Part shown: one piece after another, positions 9,814-18,496 of the stretch
Numbering within the stretch: position 1 is the first letter of the stretch
Layout of the letters: the number at the start of each line of letters is the position of its first letter
Source of the DNA: Mantamonas sphyraenae STR306
Lineage: Eukaryota > Protista > CRuMs
Length of the DNA: 64,000 nt
Reading direction: 5' to 3'
Assembly (NCBI GenBank): GCA_026936335.1
Contig: JAPMXV010000057.1
Location: 299,437 to 363,436, forward strand
Made by a program: the position numbers and the translations under genes
The notes under the pieces: model-generated
The model's input: only the letters and a program-made list of their open reading frames with translations
What the model was told of the DNA's origin: nothing
Database searches by the model: none

Positions 9814-12006
9814 CTAGTCGATCACTTCGACATGCGGCAGCTCTTCTTGCAGCACAATCTGCGTCGCATGGCTGCCGCGGATGAGCACACGCTGCAGAAA
9901 CGGCAGTGTCTCCAGCGCATGTGCGCACGCATTGCTCACCTCGGTGTTGTCCAGTGCGAGCGTCTCCAGCGCTTCCAGTGCTTGCAGATGATCCACACCG
10001 GAGTCACTCACATGTGTCCGCGACAGCCTCAGCTCGCTCAGGTGCGCCAGCCCACTCAGCTTTGCCAGTCCGTCATCGCTGATTGCCGTCCCTTCCAGGT
10101 CCAGCAACTCCAGCCGTTCCATGGAACCCACCACCGCCAAGCTTGCGTCGCTGATTCCTGTTTTCGCCAACGACAGCTGGCGCAGCATCGTCAGGTCGCC
10201 CAACTGTGTGATCCCTGCATCCGTCACGCGCACGAATCCTGTCAGATCGAGCTCGTCCAAGCACAACAAAGCGTTGAGGTGCCCCACACCCACGTCGTCG
10301 ATCTCCAGTCGACCAGGCAGCGTGATCGACATCAGAGTCTCTGCAAATGCCGCACAAAACCGCACCGCGCTGTTGTCGCACCGCGTATCGCGCAGGTTCA
10401 AGCTCACCAGAGGCAGCTTGCGCAGGTGGATCAGCCCTGCACTGGCCACACCACTCCCCGAGATGTCCAGGTAGCTCAGCTGCGCGCAGTTGCTCAGCAG
10501 TTGCAGATGTTTGCTTGCCAGGAAGCTGCACCCGGCCAGGCGCAGCTCTTCGATGTCTCGCAGTTCCGGCAGAAACTCAAATGTGCTCAGCGAGCACCTG
10601 GACACATCCAAACTCACCAACGTGGGCAAACACGCGAGCATCGCCACCCCTTCGTCGGTGATGCCTTTGTTGCCTGCCAAGCTCAGCATGCTGAGGTTTT
10701 CCATGTCACGGATGTGTTTGCACGCAGTGTTGGTGATGTGCACATTGCTCAGGTCCAAGAACGACAGCGAATGAAGCCCTGCCAGGTGTGCCACTCCCGT
10801 GTCTGTGATCGAGCTGCAGTTTGCCACGCTGATCCCGTTAAGATGGATATGATGTGCAATGGCCGCCAGAAACTCGTTGGCCACGGTCATGCACCCACTC
10901 ACATTCAGTTCGTTGAGTCCGCTGGTGCGAAACAGCTTCACCGTCGCCTTTGTCAACTTGCCCGCCGCCAGCAGCCGTTCCACGAGCAACCGCGCCACAT
11001 CGTCGTTGAGCCCATTCAATGTCGTCACTTTGTCGATGTGTGACACGAACCAGCGCATGCAAAGCTCTTGCAGCGGCAGCACCAGCGCACTTTCCCCCGG
11101 TGCCTTGCCCTTGCCCTTGCTCTGCTTTGAACTCTGCTTTTCGTTTTGCATGCGGTCAAGCACGTGGCTGGGAATGCGGTCCCCTCCATCGCCAGCATCC
11201 AATCCTTGGTCCACGACCTCCACGGCGTGGATCACTCCCTCGCCAGAGTGTGCCTGTTCCTGCGCGGCACCGTTCTCGCGGAGCACCAGCGTGGCGCTCG
11301 GCACCAGTCCTGCCTGCTGCAATGAAGTCACCCCCAAAACTGCAGGTGCAAACTCTTGCCTCGGGAACGGGGTCATGAACCCGCACGTGGCCTCTGCGCT
11401 CGCGTCCACTTCCCCAGAAGCAACCAGCGCGCTCAACACTGTTGCCAGGTTGTCATCGGCTTCAAAGGTGCCTTTGAAAGTGCCTCCCGACGGCAATCGC
11501 ACCATCAACGCACAGCTTGTCTCCGCCTGCTCCCGTGCTCTCTCGACAGCCGTGGACTGCGTGGTTGATGTTGTGGTTGTTTGCTCCCCTGCACTGCTGG
11601 CGCTTTGTCCCTCCTCCACCCGAGTCCTCTTCAGTTCGGCTCTGTCTTTCCGTGCCTGCTTGTCCGCTTCGATCTCTCGCTTGATCCTCAGCCGGTCTTG
11701 GGCGTCTGCGCGTTTGCGCTCGGCGATCTCCAGCGCCCGCTTTTCCCGCTTCACCCGCTCCTTCTCCTCACGCTCTTTGCGCTTCTCCTCCTGCTTTCGT
11801 GCCCACTCTTCGTCGTGCAGACCGACCAGCGATTTGTCGCCCGTGACCCCGCTCACATTCTGCACCTGACCGTGCAGATAGTCGATCGCTCCCAGAATCC
11901 CGCTGGCTGACCGTATGCTGTATCGAGCAGCCTCGTTTGCCCGATCAAAATCGTACCCAAGATCCAACAACTTGGTCAGGATGGAATCAAGGTCAAGCTC
12001 GCTCAT
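9814..12006 (-). CDS. UBA - coiled coil - UBX - LRR protein (p97/Cdc48 adaptor-like)
   Basis: UBA-like LTKLLDLGYDFDRANEA; UBX VRLPSG...F...TPFPRQEF...LQQAGLVPSATLVL; then about 14 FBXL/AMN1-type LRRs. Confidence 0.85.
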   Translation of the reverse strand: MSELDLDSILTKLLDLGYDFDRANEAARYSIRSASGILGAIDYLHGQVQNVSGVTGDKSLVGLHDEEWARKQEEKRKEREEKERVKREKRALEIAERKRADAQDRLRIKREIEADKQARKDRAELKRTRVEEGQSASSAGEQTTTTSTTQSTAVERAREQAETSCALMVRLPSGGTFKGTFEADDNLATVLSALVASGEVDASAEATCGFMTPFPRQEFAPAVLGVTSLQQAGLVPSATLVLRENGAAQEQAHSGEGVIHAVEVVDQGLDAGDGGDRIPSHVLDRMQNEKQSSKQSKGKGKAPGESALVLPLQELCMRWFVSHIDKVTTLNGLNDDVARLLVERLLAAGKLTKATVKLFRTSGLNELNVSGCMTVANEFLAAIAHHIHLNGISVANCSSITDTGVAHLAGLHSLSFLDLSNVHITNTACKHIRDMENLSMLSLAGNKGITDEGVAMLACLPTLVSLDVSRCSLSTFEFLPELRDIEELRLAGCSFLASKHLQLLSNCAQLSYLDISGSGVASAGLIHLRKLPLVSLNLRDTRCDNSAVRFCAAFAETLMSITLPGRLEIDDVGVGHLNALLCLDELDLTGFVRVTDAGITQLGDLTMLRQLSLAKTGISDASLAVVGSMERLELLDLEGTAISDDGLAKLSGLAHLSELRLSRTHVSDSGVDHLQALEALETLALDNTEVSNACAHALETLPFLQRVLIRGSHATQIVLQEELPHVEVID

Positions 12007-15000
12007 TTTCTTGCGTAAAATCGCGCGCAATCGTCCCCAACCACTCACCCATCATCCCCTCGCTCAACATACGCTCGCGCGCATATGCCAACCATTGGTT
12101 GCTCTCGCGGAAGCGCATTTTCACCTCTTGCATCATCGTGACGAGCTCCAGCGACACCGAGTGGAACACGTCTGCGTCCGGCGGGGACTCTTTGCCAAAC
12201 CCGCTCACCCGAGCCACTATGTGCTCGCGTGACACAAAGTCCACGTTGATTTCCTTGTCAGCACCTTGACGGATGAACATGTCCACAATGTTTGCAGCCA
12301 GCTTGACACATGCTTGCAATTGCTCGTCTCGTTCGGCGCCGGGCTCCAACGCCTCCACTTCTTTCACGGCCTCCCGGTACTGCTGCATCATCAGGTAACC
12401 CAACAGATTCTCTTCACTGTACTCCATGCGGCAATGCTCCTCAAAGAAGCTGCTGTACAGCCTGTTGTTCAGCATGTCCACAAACGATTCGTGCTCGAGT
12501 TGCGCGCTTGCGGCCCGCTGCTCCTGCGCCCACTGCATCGCCCAAATGCACAGAGGGCGCATGTACGCGATGGATCGGTAGTTGCCGTTGGTATCCCACG
12601 CCTCTGGGGTTTGAAACCAGTAACCCAGGCGCCTGTATACGCTGTCAACAAGTCCGCCCGACGTTTGCCACGCTTCACTCCACAGGCCCTCCTGCATCAT
12701 GCACGCCGCCACGCCGTACGTTGTGCCTGTCCACACCTCGCACGACTGCAACGACGTCATGTCCACCTTTCCGTTTGGACGCATGCCGTTGACGGCGCCC
12801 ATGCAGCCGTTTTCAAAGCCCATCACGTTGTTTGCAAACACCATCTCCAATGCACGCACGGCGCGGTCACGCGGCACGATGCTCGGCAGGCCACACGCAC
12901 CGGCGTACCACTGTCCTGCCAGCTGGTCTGCCATGATGCTGTTATGGTGAGCCTGTTCGCTGCTGTCGTACAAGTAGTAGTGACCGTTCCACAGCGCGGA
13001 TTCGTACCGAGCCGACGCCGACGAAAACACTCCCGCCCAGAACGTCGCGTCCTTCTTTTTGCCCAGTCTCTTGCTTATCCACTCCACAGCTCGAATCGCT
13101 GCCAGCCAAAGACCACCGCTGTAGGCACTGGGTCCCTCCACCGTCCAAGCGTCGTACGTCTGATCAGGGAATCCATCGTTCTCGATCATGCCATCGTTGT
13201 CTCTGTCAAATTGCAGCATATACTTCATCACCTCGCGGATGACGTCCCACATTTCCTGCAGGAACAACAGGTCATTTGTCGCCACGTAGTCGCGAAACAC
13301 CTGCAGCACAAACTTGCAGTTCAGATCCTTCCAGTGGTTCACGTTGTGGATGTTGTAGATGTTGACACTCTGCCACGGGTGTTCGCTCGGTCCGCCCAGA
13401 TCATGTGGGACAGCGCCACGCAGCTTGCGTTCTCCTTCCTCACCGTCGCCCAAGAACTTGCGCCACTCGCTGTCTTCCATCAGCGTTGCCACAGCCACGG
13501 CTCGCTGCAGATTCAGCTCCAGTTTCGGCCACAGCATCAGCAAAGCGTAGCTTGCGTAGAAATGCACGTCGTACGTATTGTACATCAGATATTCCAATCC
13601 TTCCAGGTACACGAATTGCCCCACATCGGTCTCGTCCTCATCCGCACCACTGCTCCCCACACGCGACGTTCCACGACCGCCTCGTGTGCCCAGATCACTC
13701 TGCATCTGCGACTGTGCGTCCCCATGTGCCTTGGCGCCGCTGTGCTTTCCTTGTTGCTCTTCCTCCTCGTCCAGTTCAAACACGTGCACTTCGTCGTCCT
13801 CCTGATCTTCCTCGATTTCCCTCCCCTGTTGCTCCGGCTCCTCCGGCTCCTCCTGTTCCTCTTGTTCCTCTTGTTCCTGCTCCTCTTCGGTTTGCAAGAG
13901 GCTCTCTTCACCATGGCGTTCGTCCCATGCATCTGCATCTCTTTGTCGGCTGTACACAGTGTGTGGGTTAAGGTCCAGGACGTGTGCATGCTCGAGCTCC
14001 ACCTGATCCTCGTTGATCCGCTTCAGTTGGAACTTGCGCTCCTGGTCCGTCTCGTTGTCGTACATGACACACGCGTACAGCTTGCCGACGTCAAGATCAG
14101 CCAAAGAGAAGATCACCTTGCCTGCTTTGGCCTCCTCGTCATTCTGATCCTCATCCACACTCATGCAACTCACCATGATGCCCAACTCGGCCACTTTTCG
14201 AGCATCTGTCAAATAACCCATCACAATGATGACGTTTTCTGTGTGTTGCTTCATGGCATGGGTCATGCGCGTGACTCCCTGCATGCCGTGCTTGCTCATT
14301 TCGTCAAACCAGACGTCCAGTACTTTTCGTCTCGCCTCTTCGTCCACAGCGTGCGCTCTCACCGCATCTTCCACCACAGAAGAGTCTGTCCACACAGCAC
14401 CGCCTGCAGTCAGGTAGTACAGCTCGTTGAAGAGCGCCATGTAGTACCAGTCTGGCGCTCCGGGCGTTCGAGCCACCAGACCGCTCTGCCAGCGTGCAAT
14501 GGTGGTCCTCCACTCGTCGTAGCTGCGCAACGCATCCACGGCAATGTCGTATGCAGCCGTTCCCTCGCGGCCGTAGAACTGCGTGTAGCGCCGGAAGCAC
14601 GCGTTGTCGCCGTGTCCGAAACGCACAAGCGGCATGTCCCACGACAGCGCAAACACGATCTTTCGTTTGCTGTTTGGTGCCATGCGTACCTTGACTGCCA
14701 CCGCACCTCCCAAGGTTTCGTTTGCGTCTGCCACACTCAGCTTGCTGTCATCCTTGGCCTCCCACTTGCTCGTAGAGCGAGGCAAGCCCGACGCGGACGA
14801 GGAGGAGGAGGATGCCGCATCTGCTGTGGATGACGAAGAAGACAACGTGCTGTTGCTTGTCCCTGTGTTCTGACGGCCTATTTTGCGGCCGCCTCCGATT
14901 TTAGGCCTGACAACCGCCTTGTCGCCCGATCCGACGTATTCGTAGGGCAGGACGCCGTCGTCACGAAATGGGTTCCACACATTGGCCCCATTGCCGTTTG

Positions 15001-16441
15001 CGTTGAACCCCGTGGTGTAGGAGATGGTGACGTCGTCGCGCTTCTGTGTGAGGAGGCAGTAGGTCAGCGGATCCTCGTAGTCCGGGGTGTCTGCAAGGCC
15101 GGATGGGTATGTGTAGTTGTGACGCAGCTCGAGGCCGACGTAGGAGCCCTGTTCGTGTGTGCCTGTGCCTGTGCGGCCGTTGGAGCCGAGGGCGTCGGCG
15201 TCGCTAAGGACACGTGGTCGCTTGCGTGCACGCGAGTCGCTGCCATGGACAAGGTGGTTGGAGTGACCTCCAGAAGCGTCTGCTTCTGCGTTGCCTGTGC
15301 CGTTGAGCATGCTAAACATGAGCGAGATGTCATAGGTTTCCTCCTGGCTGGTGTTTTCCAGGGTCCATTCAAAGACCACGACGGGATAGCTGCTCTCGCG
15401 GTAGTTGTGAGGAATAACGGGGGAAATCTGTTCGCAGGTCATGTGCACATCAAACGGGGTCGCACCCGAGGGAGCTGGGTTGCGGAAGGTGGTCCAGGAG
15501 CGTGGGAACAAGGCGTGGTATTCCGCCTCCTCGCAGTCCAGCTCCCAGTTCCATGCGCTGAGGGCGTTGCTCTGTCGGAAAAAGCGCCGTTTCTTGTCCG
15601 TGGCCTGGCTGTGCTGGCAGGTGGACAGAACTTGAGCTGTTTTGCGGCCGGCGACAAAGGGGCGGAGATCAGCCACGTTGCGCTCTTCTGCCGCCGAGCT
15701 GGACGAGGAGCGCATGCCAGAGTCCGCCTGCTGCTGGGCAGCCTGTGTGTGTGAGGTTGTGTAGACGCCTTTGTGGGTGGAGGAGGTCGACGCTTCCGGG
15801 GCACTTGCGCTGCGGGGCTGGCCACTGGGTTGTGAAAAGCTGGCGTGGCGCTTGAGATTGTTCTGCTTGCGTTCAGTGGCCTGGTGGCGCTCGGCTGCAC
15901 CCGGACGCACTGCCTGGATGAAAGCAGAGAACTGGTTTGCATACACGGGCGTGTCCTGGCACTTGCGTGTGTCCAGCTGGAAGCGGCGAAACTCGCCGCG
16001 ATAGCCTCGTGTGATGGACCCGCCACCCAGGCCACCCAAGGGCACGCCCTGATGGGCTGAAACGTTGAACGAGGAGAACGGATCCATATAAGGCTCACGT
16101 CCTTCGTTCTGGGTGCGCTTGACAAACTGTGCCATACGCATGCCCAGGCCAATGTACTGCATGCCCTCCACGACCCCCACGGAGAACTCTTTGACCTGTC
16201 GTGACAGCTCATCGTACAGAGAGCGCCTCCACGCATACGCTGGGATGCCCAATGCCTCCATGTGTGCCTTTCGCGCCTCCTCCTGCGTCTGTGGTTCCGT
16301 GTTGGGCGGCGACGTGGCGGACTCGGCAAACTCGGCAGCCGCTGCAAACTCGGCAGCCTCGGCAGCCTCCTCCTGCAGTTCTTGGTCATCCACAGGCTCG
16401 TCCGCGCGTTCTACGGCCTCATTGTCAGCTTGCAATGACAT
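11993..16441 (-). CDS. GBA2: Non-lysosomal glucosylceramidase (GH116) with C-terminal RGS domain
   Basis: GVPLGGLGGGSITRG, YHALFPRSWT, ALFNELYY, YLEGLEYLMYNTYDVHFYAS, WKDLNCKF, GFPDQTYDAW, EVWTGTTY and YMRPLCIWAMQ. The tail has EYSEENL and EINVD, which are RGS motifs. Confidence 0.93.
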   Translation of the reverse strand: MSLQADNEAVERADEPVDDQELQEEAAEAAEFAAAAEFAESATSPPNTEPQTQEEARKAHMEALGIPAYAWRRSLYDELSRQVKEFSVGVVEGMQYIGLGMRMAQFVKRTQNEGREPYMDPFSSFNVSAHQGVPLGGLGGGSITRGYRGEFRRFQLDTRKCQDTPVYANQFSAFIQAVRPGAAERHQATERKQNNLKRHASFSQPSGQPRSASAPEASTSSTHKGVYTTSHTQAAQQQADSGMRSSSSSAAEERNVADLRPFVAGRKTAQVLSTCQHSQATDKKRRFFRQSNALSAWNWELDCEEAEYHALFPRSWTTFRNPAPSGATPFDVHMTCEQISPVIPHNYRESSYPVVVFEWTLENTSQEETYDISLMFSMLNGTGNAEADASGGHSNHLVHGSDSRARKRPRVLSDADALGSNGRTGTGTHEQGSYVGLELRHNYTYPSGLADTPDYEDPLTYCLLTQKRDDVTISYTTGFNANGNGANVWNPFRDDGVLPYEYVGSGDKAVVRPKIGGGRKIGRQNTGTSNSTLSSSSSTADAASSSSSSASGLPRSTSKWEAKDDSKLSVADANETLGGAVAVKVRMAPNSKRKIVFALSWDMPLVRFGHGDNACFRRYTQFYGREGTAAYDIAVDALRSYDEWRTTIARWQSGLVARTPGAPDWYYMALFNELYYLTAGGAVWTDSSVVEDAVRAHAVDEEARRKVLDVWFDEMSKHGMQGVTRMTHAMKQHTENVIIVMGYLTDARKVAELGIMVSCMSVDEDQNDEEAKAGKVIFSLADLDVGKLYACVMYDNETDQERKFQLKRINEDQVELEHAHVLDLNPHTVYSRQRDADAWDERHGEESLLQTEEEQEQEEQEEQEEPEEPEQQGREIEEDQEDDEVHVFELDEEEEQQGKHSGAKAHGDAQSQMQSDLGTRGGRGTSRVGSSGADEDETDVGQFVYLEGLEYLMYNTYDVHFYASYALLMLWPKLELNLQRAVAVATLMEDSEWRKFLGDGEEGERKLRGAVPHDLGGPSEHPWQSVNIYNIHNVNHWKDLNCKFVLQVFRDYVATNDLLFLQEMWDVIREVMKYMLQFDRDNDGMIENDGFPDQTYDAWTVEGPSAYSGGLWLAAIRAVEWISKRLGKKKDATFWAGVFSSASARYESALWNGHYYLYDSSEQAHHNSIMADQLAGQWYAGACGLPSIVPRDRAVRALEMVFANNVMGFENGCMGAVNGMRPNGKVDMTSLQSCEVWTGTTYGVAACMMQEGLWSEAWQTSGGLVDSVYRRLGYWFQTPEAWDTNGNYRSIAYMRPLCIWAMQWAQEQRAASAQLEHESFVDMLNNRLYSSFFEEHCRMEYSEENLLGYLMMQQYREAVKEVEALEPGAERDEQLQACVKLAANIVDMFIRQGADKEINVDFVSREHIVARVSGFGKESPPDADVFHSVSLELVTMMQEVKMRFRESNQWLAYARERMLSEGMMGEWLGTIARDFTQENERA

Positions 16442-16571
16442 GTCTGTGTGCGCAAGAACGTGTTGTGGCGAGCGGGAAAGCGAATTTTTGTTGCGTTCGC
16501 GTCGCGCAGTGGATGGATGGATGGACACGTGACACGTTGCAAAGGAAGGAACCGTCCAATCTCTTTCCCGT

Positions 16572-18425
16572 CTATTGGTTGCTGGCACAGGAGGGCAGGT
16601 GTTTGCAATAGAGGCCAAAGCGCTTGGTGCGAGTGTACTGCTCAAGGCAGTGCCAGCAAAACTCGTGTTTGCACTGGAGACAGGTCATGTGGATGCACCC
16701 TTCGTTGCGTTCGATATGTGCACTGCAGCCTGGGCAGGCTTTGGTGGTGGCCGCGAGCAGCTCGTCGGTCTTGTCCAGGCCCTCGTCGAGGGCGCGGCGT
16801 TCTTGTGCTGCCTCGTCGCATGTGAGGCCCGGGTGCCACAGTTCGTGGCAGGTGGCACATGCAGACTGCCCACAAGAGGGACACTGCACATAGGTGACGC
16901 CCTCGTCGATGAAGAAGCCCGAGTTGCAGTGCTTGTTGGGACAGTAGACCAGGCCCTGGCCACCGAGGCTTTTGTGAAGGGCAATGGAGGAGTACTGGTC
17001 GTAGAGCTTGGAGGGAACCAACGCACGGACTTCTTGCTCCTGCAGCATAGTCCCACAGGCCATCTGCTGACAGGGAATGTCCGGAGAGTCTGCTACGCGT
17101 CCTCGGATGTGCTCGGTCCAGCAGGAGCGGCAGAAGGAGTGGCCACAGGAGATAGTGTACATGTCATAAGCTGGGACGTCATCGAGACATACCTGGCACT
17201 CATGCTCCTCATCGCCCAGGAGCAGGTTGTTTGCTTCGTCGTCAATCATCTGCAGGACCATGCCCCGTCCGTCGGGGTGGATGTACTGCAGCCAGCCTGC
17301 GACATCGTTTTCCTCAATGGATTGAACCTGTGCCCAACCTGCGAGCAGCTGGCGCACACAGACGAGGGAGTTTGGCTCCAGGATGCGGACCAGGTTGGCG
17401 TCGACATGCGATGGACGATCAAATAGGGACACGACGTCGTCAGAGGCACCATCAGAAGGCTGTACAACGGAAGCAGTGCCTGACTGCTCGTCGATGGCGA
17501 GCGGTGAGTGGAGGACGGCTTGTGAGACAAGAACCCAGCCTCGTTGCGTCAGTGCCCAGTGTTCGTCAGCAAAGGTCTCGAGGACGGGTTCGAGGCAGGC
17601 AGCAGGCAGTTTTGTAGACGTGGCATCCGTATTTGTGGTCGGATAGACGGGGGTGGGCCCCAGGACCCACCGCGGATGCGGTGGGACGGTGGCGTGGTGG
17701 AGCTGGAAGAAGCGTAGTTCGTTGGTTCCCTGGACGTCACGTTCAAGGGCCCAATGCTCGTGGAGCTGCTCATTGACGAGCTGCTGGATTTTGAGCCAGT
17801 TCCCACAGCGGCCGAGGACCACGACCCAGTCTTGGGCCGGGGTCAGGCGGCCGACGATGCGACTGAGGCGAGTCGGGTGGAGGCGGACGCGATGTTGCTT
17901 GCTGTTCTTGAGCTGGGCCACACAGTGCAGCTGTTCGGTTTCGAGGGGAAGGATAAAGACGTCGCCTGAGCTGCTGCGAGCCTTGACCCAGCCCCACACG
18001 GGTTTGCCGTCTGTGCGCTGGCCGCTGTCCATTTGCAACCAGTCGCCCTTGTAGCCCGTGACGAGAATGTTGCGGAGTTTGGTGAGGCGGAACATGATTT
18101 GTGCATCGACGCTGGGCGCGGTGCGCACGCGGTGCTTGTCTGTCTGGATTGAGGCAAAGAATGGAAAGGTGAGCTTGTCGAGGGCGCCCTTGTGGATCAA
18201 CGTGGCCGGCGCCTCGTCGCTAATGGCCTGCTCAGCGTCCAGCTCGTCGTCGTCACTGTCATTGAGAGGTAGCGAAGGGGTGGATGGCAGGGGGTGGCGT
18301 TTGGAGGAGGATGAAGACGACGAGGACGCCGAAGAAGACGACGAATTGGAGGACGTCGAGGAGGAGCCGGATGGGTTGAGACGGCGTTGAAAGGATCGGA
18401 ATATGGAGTTGCTGCGCTGGGACAT
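16572..18425 (-). CDS. RBR (RING1-IBR-RING2) E3 ubiquitin ligase with N-terminal SH3b-like repeats
   Basis: RING1 CQVC..CGHSFCRSC, IBR YCPNKHC..CPSC..CATC..H, RING2 CPGC..IERNEGCIHMTC..CKHEFCWHC. Confidence 0.92.
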   Translation of the reverse strand: MSQRSNSIFRSFQRRLNPSGSSSTSSNSSSSSASSSSSSSSKRHPLPSTPSLPLNDSDDDELDAEQAISDEAPATLIHKGALDKLTFPFFASIQTDKHRVRTAPSVDAQIMFRLTKLRNILVTGYKGDWLQMDSGQRTDGKPVWGWVKARSSSGDVFILPLETEQLHCVAQLKNSKQHRVRLHPTRLSRIVGRLTPAQDWVVVLGRCGNWLKIQQLVNEQLHEHWALERDVQGTNELRFFQLHHATVPPHPRWVLGPTPVYPTTNTDATSTKLPAACLEPVLETFADEHWALTQRGWVLVSQAVLHSPLAIDEQSGTASVVQPSDGASDDVVSLFDRPSHVDANLVRILEPNSLVCVRQLLAGWAQVQSIEENDVAGWLQYIHPDGRGMVLQMIDDEANNLLLGDEEHECQVCLDDVPAYDMYTISCGHSFCRSCWTEHIRGRVADSPDIPCQQMACGTMLQEQEVRALVPSKLYDQYSSIALHKSLGGQGLVYCPNKHCNSGFFIDEGVTYVQCPSCGQSACATCHELWHPGLTCDEAAQERRALDEGLDKTDELLAATTKACPGCSAHIERNEGCIHMTCLQCKHEFCWHCLEQYTRTKRFGLYCKHLPSCASNQ

Positions 18426-18496
18426 GTGGGCGGGTGAGAGTGCAGAGGAGGTGCCAATGCCTTGTGTGGAATTGCGCTGGGGGCGACAACGGGAGC

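Noticed and set aside
12266-14833. 855-aa + strand ORF, and similar long shadow ORFs (23259-24869, 33112-35091, 50238-52034, 53583-55904, 60337-62598)
   Set aside because: They are antisense to well-supported genes, are expected from high GC and codon bias, and show no motifs.
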